From assembly GCA_000934665.2 (NCBI GenBank), contig KZ538618.1, positions 1 through 58,533 of the forward strand: a DNA stretch of 58,533 nt. Direction: 5' to 3'. Source of the stretch: Catajapyx aquilonaris (lineage: Eukaryota). The notes under the pieces are model-generated. The model saw only the letters and a program-made list of their open reading frames with translations. It was not told the origin of the DNA and did not search any database. This document shows positions 24,101 through 38,526 of this stretch, one piece after another. Positions within the stretch are counted from its first letter, which is position 1, and each line of letters starts with the position of its first letter. The position numbers were made by a program, and so were the translations under genes.

Positions 24101-26865
24101 TTTTGCTGTGTAGGCTATCTTTGGTATACACTCGGCCTCCATATAGTTATAGACCCTAAGGACACCTAATGGATCGATATCGCGCAAGTTGTGTTCTCTG
24201 AGTTCATGACTCTTCACAGGATATGCTTCTGACAGCTTAATTTGCATCCGGGTTGTTTTTCGGTCCAAAGTACAAAAGGCGAAAGTTCGATAAAATATCC
24301 CNCCCCCCCCCCCCACTTTTGTCCGCAGCTTCCAAGCGAGCGGTTTAGTACGCTTCTGAGCTTCTGCAAAAAATATTATTTACAGCACCTATTGTGTACA
24401 ATATTGAGATACGTGACATGAACGACACTAACTTGTCATGAACTCTGAATTCCCTACGTGTGTGTTACCATCACAATGAGCACAATGATTTTGTTGGCAC
24501 GAATCTAATAATACATTGCCCCAACCCGAAACCCGAAATGTTTCCTTGGTAAGGTATTTAATGACAAAGCGTTCTCTGAGCGACACTCCACGACGGCTCT
24601 CATAGTAATTATAGGCTACCCGACCAGCGTTGTGGTATTTAATAGTGCGCAATCGATATGAAGTATTACAGCTTTCAGGCAATAAGAGTCCAGTGAACAA
24701 CTGGTAATGTTTTCATATTGGGATTGAGTCAAATACTAGAGAAAAAATAATATGCGTTGAAAAACGTTTCTGATTTTAAAAATGATCAGTCTATACGTGT
24801 GGTACTGGTATATTATTGCATTTTACCTGCTGTAAATAGCTTTTTTTATGGATTGCACTGGACTATCTGGAGCAATTTGGCGAGAAATGAGGAAGAGACA
24901 ATAGATGTTCGTGGAAGGAAGTATATCCGAACTTCTCCGATATCGGACACGCAGGTAGTCTGTAAGGTTCAGAGCTATGGTAACACGATTGTATAGCACC
25001 AGACATGCACATGGGGAATCAAAGTAGTGTTCTTTGCGACATAGTGCCATTTAGTTATAACACTAGGACAAAATTCCACCCTCTGTCGCACACATGACTA
25101 TCAAAAATTTTAGCGTATTACATCTCAACTTATTTTTGAGAAAAAAACAAGGCAGCATGTACAAACTGTGCTTTGCGGGTACATTTCTGAATGCTCCAAG
25201 AAAGGCTCTGAATATACGTATGTTCTTGGCATGAAATGGATCAATACGCGGTGGACTATATACAGTAATGTTGTTTGTACGACTTCCAAGCGACGATCTT
25301 TTTACTCATAAACAAGTAAGCAAGAGCTGTTTTACCCAGCTGGTTTTACCCCAGAATATGTTGCATCACTGTGATCCAATACTTCACACTGTTTTCAGTA
25401 AGATTTCACCATATTAACACGTAAGAACATTCAAGTGGAACATTGCAGTTTTTATCAAAAATGCATTCTCCTTTATTTCTATGCCCCAGTTGTGAAGTGA
25501 AACAGTGCACAGAATATTAATTTCCACCTACTAATACACAGTACGGTATACATGATAAGTGAGAAACACTGTTCTCAATTTTTGACATGGTCTAGAAAAC
25601 CCATGTGGAATATTATTATATATAAATATTTGAGCAATGAAGTGACCCTTGCCGAATTCTCATGAGTTATGATAAACGGTGTCCACAAAATGATGGCTGT
25701 GACATTCGCACTGACATGATTTCGTTGTGAATCAGTCACATGTTATAGGATAGCACAATAATATCCAACGTGTTTTGTCTGCCTCATGTAATACAGTATA
25801 ATGTTATAAGCCGAGTTACATTATGACCTATATACCCTGTATTAGATAAAGGGAAAGGGAAAGGAAGGAGTGAAAAACTAATAAGCTTATTGCCCCTTGT
25901 AGATGGTGCTGGAATGCCTGCACCCTGAAATAAGCCTTTTAATGGACGGTGTGTAGTTGGCATTCCAGACCTTATCTAGAGGAAATGAAATTAACTTTTT
26001 ATACCCGTGCCTTTCATTTTACTGATCTCTCGTCGTATCAGCAAAGAGAACTGACACAACACACTTCAGCTTCCCGTTCCAAATTCTCTCTAAATAAATA
26101 CGAAAATTACCATGACTGTCGGTGTTATAGGTGTTGCGACGACAACTCTGAACTCAAGTAATGGAACAAAGCTCTTCTGTCAATAGCCATTTTGTAGTTT
26201 GTAAATCCGGGAATCCGGAGATGGAATAAAGTAACTTGAAAGAGGGAAGATAGGGATTACGGACTATTTCCATCTGCCAGGGAAAGTACATCCTATAGCT
26301 ACGGAACATGTAAGTTTGAGCCTTGCGCAGACACTACAAGATCTTCCCGAGAATTAATTGCCGGAATCTTGGTACTCTCTAGTTTAAATATCCAAAGCTT
26401 GGATTGAGCCCTCTTAAGCTCAGGATATTTTCGGAGCAAGTCTTGTGAACAACTTTCGCATGGCTGATTGCTTCAGAGTGACATTCCTGCGTGCGTGCCC
26501 ATTCATATGATGATGTATTGTAATCGTGGAAGAAACAGGCTCGTAAAACCTGAGGCATCGTTACGGCAAAATTAATAATAATATGCAATCAGTATGAATG
26601 GGAAGCGGAAACCGTCACAGGCAGTTTGCGTATTCGTGTCCGTAAGGTATTATTTGACGCCCCTATACACCTGTATGTACGCATGTTTTATGGCTGCCTT
26701 TTGTTTCGGTGAGCGTGTTCAATGGTTTCCTTGTCATGTGAGTTCATTTCCCCCGTTTCATGTATGCATGGTTCATTATGAGTAATCCGCCTTTGCTATT
26801 TGAAATCCGACGCTATAATTTTTCTTCCTTCCAATGAAAAGTAATGTTCCTGGAATTTACCAAGT

Positions 26866-26998
26866 ATGCCCATTTACATGACGCAAGTAGGAACGGTCAG
26901 CCAATCAAAATGCTCTCCGCTGCTACTTTCTAGCAGAATGGAGCATTCTGATTGGCTGACCGGAACGTCGTTAGGACCGTCATCGTGTAAATGGGTAT
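26866..26998. mobile_element. Short palindromic MITE, possibly PIF/Harbinger-like
   Basis: Ends CCCATTTACA and TGTAAATGGG; inner stem CGGTCAGCCAATCA.AATGCTC pairs with GAGCATT.TGATTGGCTGACCG. Confidence 0.65.
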
Positions 26999-29900
26999 TT
27001 AATCTATATTATTAATACCCGACTGTCGCCGCACCGTATGGCCTACAGCGTTGGGAGTGGTCTCAAAATTTAGCCCGCTTTTTCTATATTTGCAAACCAC
27101 ATTTGCTTTTTGGAAAAAGTGCTGAGGGACTTTGTCAAATGCAAAATACCCCAAAACCTTTTAAATAGCCAGCTCCACGGAATTCCCATTTTCGCCGCTC
27201 GGCGCTCAGGGCGCCACCTCCTGGCAGGTGGCGACTCGCTTACTTCTGAACTTTACCCCTTTGCCGTCGGATGTCGCTCCCCTCCCTCCCGCTCTCCGCT
27301 GCACTTACCACACTAACCACTTTTACTTTTTTTTCCAAATTTTGGCAACTGGACCCTAGTATTTCTTTAATTGTTGAGTTTTTATATATAATTTATCCAT
27401 TTTTATTAATATCAATATTGAATAACGCGATAATATCCTCGGCTTGGTCGAGATTATTAAAATCTGTGAATCATAGAGTTGCAATATTATTCATTGTAAC
27501 CTTCAGCGCTTCCTTCCCGCTTCTGTCCATAACTCAATCGCGATGATTGAAGTGGGAAGGAAATTTGATTGGCGTGCAAAAAACCACGTGACGAGACCAC
27601 GCCATGACATTCAGTGAAGATAAGACGTGTTCAGAATATATTGTTTTGCGACCTTATTTTATGTTTTAATATAGACTTCGTAAGAATTGAGGTTAAACTG
27701 ACGTGGGAGTTGCCTACAGTAGATACAAATGAGGATTTCATGAATATAGAGTAGCTTGGAACAGACAAAACTCATTAGTAAATGTGGAGCGAGGCATGAC
27801 TTTAGGGACATGGAGCTATTAGAGATTAACACACATGGTAGCTATGCAGGTACGGTTTAGGGTCACAAAGTTGCTTCAATATACGTGTTAATTTCTGAAA
27901 AATGGACTCATCAGGTATTAAGTGGCCAGTTTTTGAGGAGCACGAAATAATAAGTTAGCGCGTAACACGCGGCATATTATGATATGCAGTGAAATATAAT
28001 TTTCGAGAATCAATTTGCTATACTGTGCCGTACATTATCATGCAAAACCTATTTCGAACCAGTCATGAAAGACCTAGTTATGCAATCTAGGAACTTCCGA
28101 TTCCACGACTGAAGTCATCGCCACAAGTCACGTAAGAACCACGGAGTCAAGAAGGGGTTGCAACACTGTCTCGTACATTTTGGACACAGCCAACAATTTT
28201 TTGGGGAGGCTGCATATCGATTCGACGGAAAACCGGCAAGCTTTGTCCGCCGACACGCAAGATGGCAGTCCAGATGATCACATGAAGGTTCATGTACGTG
28301 CATGTGTAGAGACAGTAGACCATACTTATGTGGCTCTCCAGCTCAACACACGTCTAAAAGGAATGGGGGTGTCCATTGCTTATCCATGCGTGTGGTGATT
28401 GGGTACGTCTCTAGGGGGAGACGAACGAAAAAAAAAGAGATAACAAACCAAAGTGTATTTGCACGTGAAACCGCTTATTTACGGTCGGGCCTCACACCAG
28501 GTGAGTTTTGAGCACATGTTAAATTTTTTAAAATATTTTTGACAAGTACTTTGCACCACGTGTATCAATGCACTGCAATTAGATATCGATAAGTTACGGC
28601 CAGTTGACGGATCTGAAGTTGTTGACTTGCAGAATCGAAGTGCAATTAACAGACACTGTACAGTATACGGTTGTCAATTGTAATTAGTAGTTCTGCTATT
28701 AGCAAGCATTGCGCGCTTACAATTCGAACACCTGAATCTTTACGTTGATGAACGGTATGTCGCTTTGTAGCTTACCCGAGTTCTATATTAGGTTATACAA
28801 ATGTATTGCGAATATAGCACAAGATATCGAGCGACACCCCCCGTCCCCTCCCTAAATAATGTTCGATGCATGAATGACATCGGCTAAAAAATTGTCCAAA
28901 TCGCTGATCTTATAATAGGTTCTCAATGTGTGCACCAAAGTTTACGTATGACCTTACTCCTTCTATAGGGAAGATTTTGAGTGCTATTTGCTTTGTGTGT
29001 GACGGTGCGGTGGTTGACACCAGCCTGAAATTGTGCTGATGCCTGGTGCAGTTCAGACATGTTTGTGAAGTATACCTGTACTTTCCTCTCATTAGCTATG
29101 TTAGGAAATAGGTCAAGCAAATACGCCGGCTGTTGTTCGAAAACTTCTAATTAGGTAAAGGCCAATGATTGATGACGTTCTCAGGTTTTACCTTGTTTAT
29201 TTACGGAATAATAGCATACATGGAGTCCTGTTGATTAGGGGAACCGAAAGTGTTGCTTAGTTATCAGTTACAAATTACAATAGCTCGTTACTCTGGTATG
29301 TTCGCGGATTTTTGGAATGAAGATGATGTGGACTCAAAAAAGACCGTTTTTACGTTATATAGACCTATACTAGCCAGTAACTTACCTGCTGAGTATTATA
29401 GGCTACGTATATTATACCTAATCATGAGTCATCAGAGTTGATTTATATATCTTCACATTTTACTGGTTGTTCAATCTAATTTTTAAAAGCAGTAGTATGT
29501 CAATTAGATAATAATTATACTCTCCAGATATGCAGCCTTTTCACGGGTTTAATACTGCAAGACGGGAAGTAAAATGCTGAAACCAGTGCAGTGGGTGTAT
29601 GATTTCCACACTGATTTATTTGTCACTTGAAATAGCACTCTGGTCACCTAATTAGTTATTCTCCAGTTCATATTCGTCATTTTACTGCAGTAATGACTCA
29701 CCAGTTAAGGAATTAGGAATTATTGATATTATATAGTTTTATCAACTCAAATTCAGGAGAAAATCTTTAACGTTTTTTACTACTGTCACGAGCGAAAAGA
29801 TGGATGATTGGTTGCAAGTTTGATTGTATAATTGGAGAAGCATAGGCAACAAAAATATGTTAGGAGGTTTAATTATTGGTGTTCAAGTGTGATCTTGAGT

Positions 29901-30741
29901 TCTGTACAGTAACGTCCTACTACATAATGATATCTCCCGGCGTTCCAAAGATTTTTTCAATATTTCCGTAACCAATCGTCTGCATCTTTTTGCTTGCAAT
30001 GCTGGGTGCATAAGAGGAGATTTATCCTTTTTTTCATGCACCGGTCCTAAACCGCTGAAGAAAAATACCAATCATCAAAGTGGATTGCTAAGTAACATGA
30101 GTCACCCGCTTGTGGAATAATTGCGCACATTTATGTTATGAGCTTGGCATATTTTAATAGTTTCGTCATTAACCATTTGTAGTGAACGCCTGAATGCAAT
30201 CGTTTCTACAGCATATTATTCTTATGCATTACACTGCGATATGTAAGGCGTGATATTTCAAGGTCTGCTCACCTTCCAATGAAATGTGACTGACGTGGAA
30301 AATAACAGAATGGCAATAGTATACTGTATGTCACTGAATTGTATCGTATAGGGCAGGTTGAGCAGAACAAATATTTTATTCAAATGGGGCATAACAGGGG
30401 TGCTAGGAAAGCCTCATGGCAAACACCTGAATTTGCCCCTAGATAACAAAATTCAGGGAAAGCCTGAGTAGGTATTAGACTCTATCTCCGCAAGAAGGGA
30501 TAGAATTCGAGCTCATTTGCTCCTCTCGCGTATAATTTTTTCCCCAGGCTAAGATAACTGCACCTGTCTGTAGCGGACCCTGGATATAGCGGAAATTTGC
30601 ATAGTGCCAGCATAGTGCCGAAAAACATTGCGGTCTCGGTAGCGAGGTAGGATTTTCCACGTATAACTTATTTGTCGGATGTACAGTGTGTTCCAACTCA
30701 ATTGTCCGTATAGCGACGATTAGCGACATTTTGTCACTATA

Positions 30742-31158
30742 CAGGGTGTATCTGAACTCAGTGCCCCGACGTATATGACTGCCTTCCTAGCCACCAGAGG
30801 ATCGATTTAAGTATAGGAGTCATATGTCTGGGCAGCCTCATTACTGAGATACACTCTTTAGCGATTTTTGCCTAATCGCTCCTTCTGACTTTTAAATAGA
30901 ATTTTCTGGTGTAACTAGCCAAAGAGGCCTTACCACCTGTGGGCAACAAACCAACAAAGTCCCGCCCCCAGACCTTCCAGAGCCTTCTGACTGGGGGAGG
31001 GTTCGATGGGTGGCCTAACCGACAGGATATTTTGTACTACATGTTTGCGGCCAATTATCTCCGTAATGCGGCGGCCATACATAATGACTCCTATACATAA
31101 ATCGATCCTCTGGTGGCTAGGAAGGCAGTCATATACGTCGGGGTTCAGATACACCCTG
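30742..31158. mobile_element. Tc1/mariner-type MITE
   Basis: TA|CAGGGTGTATCTGAAC ... GTTCAGATACACCCTG|TA with TIRs of about 80 bp. Confidence 0.9.
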
Positions 31159-34100
31159 TATAATCTGCTTATTTTAACGTTACTTTCAAACAGATACTTA
31201 TAGCAGTTGCCAATGCTAGATGATAGTATCAGGTTGAAAGTTGTGATTTACCCCTTTGGCCTACTAGCACCTGATTATGTCAATGGCTATAGACCCATTT
31301 TGAAGTCTAGACCCCCCCTCCCTCCTGTATTAGTTAAAAAGAATGACACCATTCGACATAACATTAAAAGCTAGTATTTTGATAACCTCAAAAAGTAGCT
31401 CATCCAAAATAATTTAAAAATAATCAGCTAAATGAGAGAAAATCACTAACTACTGCGGACAATTCAATTGCAACACATAATAATATTATTGAAAACACGC
31501 AAATATTTCCATTTGACTGATAAATAAAGTAGACATTCTTGATATACGCCTATATGTTGTGCAGCGGTTTTAACAAAACAAACACAATCTGGGTGTGGCA
31601 AGTTGTCTTCTAAAAAATACCATAGGCCTACAGACTGATATGGCGCACATTGTGAAATATTAATTTCATTCGTACACATGTATATCATATTCATTGTCGT
31701 CATTCCCCATAATAGTCAGCAATAATAAAAGGGTGGCGTCAGATTATTAAAATGATGCTTATTAAGAATCTGTAATTAACACAATTCAGTGCTGAGTTTT
31801 TTCCACTTCCGAGGCCAGGACCACAACTGTCCCACAATTCCGGTATAAATCTGGAGCAGCCGGAAGCACACATGTCACGGGAAAAGTAGCGATCAATTCT
31901 TGACTGTGTATTGTAACCTTCGCATTAACAATTCATAGGCGGCCAGCAGGCCGGAAAGCAGAATATTTACAAACCCTCTTACCTGTAGTAGTGTTACAAG
32001 TGCTTGTCCAGCGTTGGTAGGCGGACAGCGTGACAAGGAGCCTCATCCATGTTGCCTGTGCCCTTTTCTTCTGGTAATTATTTCTGCATAATTTGAATTG
32101 CACCGTGATCCTCTCATGCTCATTACAGCTTGGCTTTTAATGAATGGAGCACTTGTATATATCCGAGCATAAAGGTTGCATAGGAGGGTAGGAACGTTGA
32201 AGTACATTCGGTTTTTGGGGCAATGCTGAACTGCAGGAGCTTTTTTTGTGTGGCTGTTGAATGTAATTATGGAACTCGCTGGAGTAGAAATTAAATTTTT
32301 TGTGGGGTAAGAGAGATTCAGAAATAAAATGCGGATCATCTTACAGTGAGGTGTTTAAAACTTGTTCGGGTGTCGTGTTTTTTTTTCGTGTCGCATATTA
32401 TTTTGTGCTCGGATATGGGGATGGTTGATATGGAATATTGGAGATATTTGTGGTTGATGTAGGATGGTATGATTTTCACTTGTTGAGGGACCAAAACACT
32501 TGTAGGCCTGCCTCAAAACACATCGCTTTAAATTATTTAAGTGGTATCTAAAATGATTAGGAAACAATGCCATATGTCGGGCAGTTTTTTATTGTCTGAA
32601 AATGTACACTCAAAAATATAATTGGTTTGGTTCAATTTGTCAAGTTATTTGGAAACGTGTTAGTGCGAGAAGTTGCCACCCAATTATGTTTACTCGTCAG
32701 TTAAAATTTTAGTAGAAAACCACCCTATTCTAAGGAATGTTTCTCTTTCATTTTTGTGAATATCATTTTCTTCTGAAAATAATTCAACATGAGTCAGGAC
32801 AGTGCTGCAAAATTGTAGGAAGAAGCTCAAAATGATGCCATTTGAGATTTAACTAGGCTGATCATTTGAAGTTTGTATAAATCGTATGTTTTAAACATGT
32901 GTTTATGCTCTCCTTTATCCGACCTGTCGAAATTCTTACCAGCAGTGCCGGTAATTTTGTTTCATTAGGTCAGTACAAATACGTACAATATTTTGAATGA
33001 AATAATGAGATCGAATGATAATTATGAATGAATAAATTGTGAATGAATGAATGAAAGTAATTATCTTATGCCACGTATACCACATAATATTACTGGGAAT
33101 TGTCATTTCAAGAAGTGCTTGCTACAATATGGACAAGGCTGAATTACAATGGATAGATTTTGGCTGACACACAAGAGCCTTAACATTGCGATGTTTCTGA
33201 AAGCAATATAACTTAATCATACCATTTAACGCATCCAGCTTTCTTGGCGATGAATCACAGTTTCGGTAATAATATTATTGAAGCTCATTTGCATATCGAA
33301 TATTGCACAAGCTTACCACTTGCGGAGGCCAGGCTGCAATTCTGTAGCTATTTTGTAACTGAGGGTATAGAGTATTTTTCCTGAGGCTGCATCTGTTGTG
33401 GTCTTCGCCATATACCAGAAAGTATAGTCAGCTGCATGTAGGACCATAATATTATTATCAGGAAGTCTGCAGATGTTCTGGTGAAATCATTACGTATAGT
33501 TCATTTTTTTTGTATAGGACATTGGAAATGTTCCTGGTACCACGGGAAAGCTGGATGCAATTGATCCGAATTTCAATCTTGTAAGCTAACTCAGAACAGC
33601 TGCTTATTTATTAAGCTAAATTATTGTGATTTTGGTTTCATATTATTGACAATGTTTGCTTATACATCAGTAGTGTTGTCAATGTAACCCCTTGTTCACT
33701 TATTCTTCAGGCCAGCAGGTGGTGAGGCAGTAGTTATTGGACATGTCTGCAACTCCAAGTGTCAACCAAGAATCTGGTACAGGTAGCACATTACTCATCC
33801 CAATGGAACCCATCAATCCAAGTACCAACAAGTTGCCATCCAGATTTGGAGACCAAGTTGTCATAGGAGGTAAGCACATTCATATTCAGTGTTGCTATAT
33901 AATCAATCCGTGATACACTATAGCGTAGACCTATCGGTTTTGAGGTCCATGGAATGAAAATGCTTAGGAAATGGGAGGATCCCGACGGGATTATTATCGA
34001 CGTGCCACCCTGATGCATTCTTGTTAAAAGCACGAGGTATTATTTCCTATTTTTAGAAGCCTTTTACGCCATGAGGTAGTGGTTTCGTTTAGGTGTCAAA

Positions 34101-34184
34101 CTTGAGTCACGTCAGATAACATTTTTGAGAAAATTGACATAAAATAATTGGGAGAAATGTGAGGCACGCCCGAGAAAAACAGTC

Positions 34185-34678
34185 TTATAGAACAGCTTTG
34201 TTCGTCTGTGGACAGGTATCAGACAGACAGACAGAGCCGTGCTATAAGACTTTTCGATTTTCGGGTTCCCGGTCCACTATATCATCCCCTTCCCCCTGGC
34301 TGCCCCCTCCTCCCACCGCCCCTTTCCCCCACTGCCTCCTACCCATGACCGTCCATTCTCCCCAGACTGTCCCTTTCCCCCTGACCTACCAGTCCCCTCA
34401 CCGCCCCCTCCCCTAGATCACCTTTTGCCCCCTCCCTTCTCCTACCCCCTGATACCTGATACCTGTCCACAGACGGACGGACAGAGCCGTGCAATAAGAC
34501 TTTCCCCAGACCGTCCCTTTCTCCCCAACCTACCAGTGCCCCCAGTGCCCCCTCCCCCAGATCACCCTTTCCCACCTCCCTTCTCCTACGCCCTGATACC
34601 TGATAGGCCTATACCTGTCCACAGACCGAGACAGAGCCGTGCAATAAGACTTTTTTCAATTGATGAGAAAAGTCTAAA
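34185..34678 (+). mobile_element. DINE-1/Helentron-like non-autonomous element with internal tandem units
   Basis: Three copies of ACAGAGCCGTGCWATAAGACTTT, preceded by CAGAC/GGAC repeats and separated by C-rich spacers. A 3' hairpin AGACTTTT...AAAAGTCT lies at about 34647-34675. The classification is inferred from this architecture only. Confidence 0.5.
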
Positions 34679-37600
34679 TGATGGGTTTGGTAGGATATAT
34701 TTCTTAAAGGGGAAATTGGCAGTCTGAGGGTAGGAGGAGGGAGGGGTAGGAGGAGGGAGGGGAGAAACGGTAAGTCCACTTTTGGCCGAAAATGAGTTAT
34801 GGATGGTTTCAGTTTCGGTCCCAGTCCCGTGTCGGACGTTGGGGACAATAGCAGTAAGCATGAAAAAGTCTACTCTAATCACGCTCACGTGATTTGCCAA
34901 TCTTGTTCTTATGAATGTTCTGAGCATACAGAGTGTTTCATAACCATTCGACAAACTTCTAGGGTTCACTTCTGCTGACCCCGGTATAGCATATAACCAC
35001 TATCATAACATTTGCATCTCGACATATAATTTTATGTCTCAATTCATGACGTCTTTCAAGGGTAAACTTTACGGTATTGCAGTGATGGTGCGGTATACCA
35101 TTTCATACCCTTCCCCCTGACGCTGACTGCCGGGTTGGCGAGCAAGTGTGGCGTCTGCGGCATACTAAGACTCTGATACCGCATGGGACTTGCACATAGT
35201 TCACTGCAGAATATGCGGTTAGGCCTCTACTGTAGATCTACTTTAGCGAAAGGTATACCGTGGGTTTTACTGCATCTGGTCATTGCATATTTAATATTAT
35301 TTGGCGAGTTGAAACTCTCTCATTTGAGTGGGTTTTCACTCTTTCTCCACTTCAAATAGAACCTACTCCTTTTGAGTGAAAACCTTCTCCCAGTAAACTC
35401 AATTAATTTATTATTGAAGCAACTTTTCGGCAATTTGAGTCAAATATTTAGTAAAATTGACGGACAAGTTACTGTGTAAGAATAGCCTTATCGAGCCACT
35501 TGATATTATGCCGGAAATCACTGGGTGTGGTATACTTACCAAGTGAAGAAAGGGTGAAAAAGAAATCAAAATAAGTTGAAGATCTGAAAATGCAGAACGA
35601 TATGAGTCACAGTGGACTGATTTCGACATATGATGGTTGGAAGATTGAAGATTACACTATCAAATATAAGGTAATGCTATTTCAAACCTTTCTCTGCGAG
35701 ACCAGTAATTGATATAACAAAAAAAAAACTAACTGGACCGACAGTGAGAGCCAACGACTATACTAAACAGTGCCTAACTCAATTTTGACCAAATTTGATT
35801 CTGATCATTATGCACATCCAATCGTCATATAACTTAGTAGAGAGAACGGCATGCTTCGAAACAGCCGTGTGATTTACACAGGGCATTTTAAAAATCCAAC
35901 ATCATGGCATTGGCTGTCACATCATAGTCGAAGTTGGTTTAATCATGTAGCCTATAGACACTTTGCCTAGCCGAGTTATACTTTAGATTTTTGTATAACT
36001 CACTTTATATAGGGCTAAAATGAGAAAATGCAATTTTGATATTTTGCTCCCTCAAAGGCACTTATCTTATTATTAATAACACTCCATGTCCATAAAAATT
36101 TCAATGCCTGGAAACCTCAGAATGAATGAGATATTACTTGCAGCAGAAAAAAACGCTATAGTAATTCGCGTGATCCTTTCCGATTACGAGTCTGATTGAA
36201 ATCTGATTATTTAATGTCCTAACCGCTACAACTCTATACCAACCCTGCTGGCAAGTGATCTGTGCAAAGTAGCGCGTGCAAGATTGTGAGGTGGAAAGCA
36301 TGCCCTGCAAGCATCAAATCTGGGATCTGATCCTTACAGTAGGCTATAACGTGTAAACCAAACTAATCCAACATAATCTTGGATCAATATGCAATATATA
36401 ATATATAATTACAACCTAAGGATTCTATATCTGATGTTGCAACTGGACACCTACACCAGTTTCGCTATATGGACACCGTGGACACGGGAGTTACCTAACG
36501 CCTTGTTCACCACAAATGTTCCTATTCGACACAGCTGTGCGGTATTATGTCATGAATGAATGCTACGTGCTCTGATTGGAACTTGGTAGATGGATTACAG
36601 GTGCTTTATTTAAGCAGAGAGATATTCTTGGCTTGTTTTCAGGTTGTAGGGACCCCAATCAAAGTCTTTATAGGTAATGTGCTATTTTTCTTCTTCTTTT
36701 GGGAATATGAAGCTGAATGAGGCATACAACTTTAAGATTAATTTTGAATTATCAAAATACACGAACAAGAATAATAGTTGAAGGCATTGTACGTCACACT
36801 ATTACGTTAGGTTTATATCCTCTACTTTGGGGCATGCCATGTACGGTAAAAACACAATTTAATTATACTGTATTAACATTTGCATATTTAAAGGTGTAAT
36901 ATGTACAGCTGTTTTGCTATAGTAAAGGTCTAAATCAGTGTTCACTAAAATTTAATTAGCGGCATGACAGAAAATATTGCCACGATTCTTTTGAGTAACG
37001 CCGTGCTGCTTACAAACCACATTGACTCTTGTACGTACTGTGCAGTACACGTGGTGTTTTTGTGATCGCGAAAATTTTGTTCACGTGATCCTGCTTGCGT
37101 CTGAAGGTGATTTATTTATGCGTACTCTACTTATACCATACAGTATCATACAGTGCGGTCACTATATTCTTTGCGATAACTGCTAAAATGATACCGCATA
37201 TGAATACGTATTGCAGGAATCTCTGTGCAGTTGATAAAGCCTGAAGAGTTTTTTTTTTTAATTAATGCTTAAGGCTCTTCATTCAATCAGGCAAGGTGCC
37301 TGGACTAGTTGCAGAATTGGCAAGTGAAAAAAGAAAAGTGACGGTTTCCGGAGTTACACGCATTTCTCGATTAAATCGTGTCAAAAGTGGCGATAAATTA
37401 TATTACAAATTATTGTATGATATCATCCAGTTAGAGGTCCGACATTAAAATTAATCTTGAATGAATATCGTACATTTTTATTGGAATGTCTGACCCATAA
37501 TACCTTTCGATGAGACAAATGGAGCGCATCGGTCTTTTACCAGCAAGCTAAGAATTCAATCACTGCTATGGGCATGCTCTATGAATATTGCAGATGGTGC

Positions 37601-37885
37601 AGGGAGTGAAAGGGAAACATGGGAGCCTTTTACAGGATAGTTTATGCCCGACATGATAGTCCCCATTTGGGAAGAGGGCTGACATGTTACGGGAAAAGTC
37701 ACTCCGAGAGAATGGAAGAGCGAATCTGTTCAGGAGTTTTTTTTTTTAAAAAAAAGAGAGAGTGATCGTTAAAGCCTGAATAGTTGCAAAAGGTGGAATC
37801 TTGCAAATCCTTGAATGGAGCTTACAATATCAACTGGTATAAATACTCACGATTTTTGAAAGGTGATATTAAATGTAGTCTGAAT

Positions 37886-38193
37886 AGGGGAGCATGGTGG
37901 TATAGTGGCCAAAATACAAGGTCTGGCCAAAATAGTGTCTATGCTACTGGCCGGGAGGTCCGGGGTTCAAATCCCGTCTCCGTCACTTCTGCTTGGTCAC
38001 TTTTCCGCTTTTCACCCGACATGTCCGGGCAGAATATATTGCACTCCCTTCTCTGCCAAGGGCTAAGAGAAAAGGTCTGGTATTTGAGAGGGTCAGAAAT
38101 GACTACAAACCGATTAAGAGTGCCCTCCCTTGGGAACTTCCCCTTCCTCCTAAAAGGGCCCATGGCCCTATCACTGGGTAATACAAAAAAAAA
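37886..38193 (+). mobile_element. tRNA-derived SINE family C
   Basis: TGGTGGTATAGTGG A box, GGTTCAAATCCC B box, A-rich tail, 11-bp TSD GTAGTCTGAAT (37875-37885 and 38194-38204). Confidence 0.88.
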
Positions 38194-38313
38194 GTAGTCT
38201 GAATGCGTCCTTTTTACACAAAAAAGGTATTTTTGAACAGTGTTCCTCGATTTCAGAATCCGCAGAAAGTCACCAATTTGATTGTCATGCGGCATGAGGC
38301 TTTTACAAGTGTA

Positions 38314-38526
38314 CAAGGTGTTTCAACTTTTTTGTCCGAACAGTTATCGGAAATATCGCACTAACCTGCTACTTTGTATGCAGTTATGCCACTTCAACCT
38401 AAGATTCGCAGGGAATATTCCCCATTCCTCCGACAAATCGGTTGCAAGTCACTGACACTTACAAAGTAGCAGCTTATAGTGCAATATTTCCGATAACTGT
38501 TCGGACAAAGAAGTTGAAACACCCTG
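38314..38526. mobile_element. Tc1/mariner-type MITE
   Basis: TA|CAAGGTGTTTCAACTT ... AAGTTGAAACACCCTG|TA with TIRs of about 65 bp. Confidence 0.88.

Noticed and set aside
34200..34660. Repeat-spacer pattern resembling a CRISPR array
   Set aside because: Eukaryotic context, only three degenerate units, spacers similar to each other, and no cas genes.
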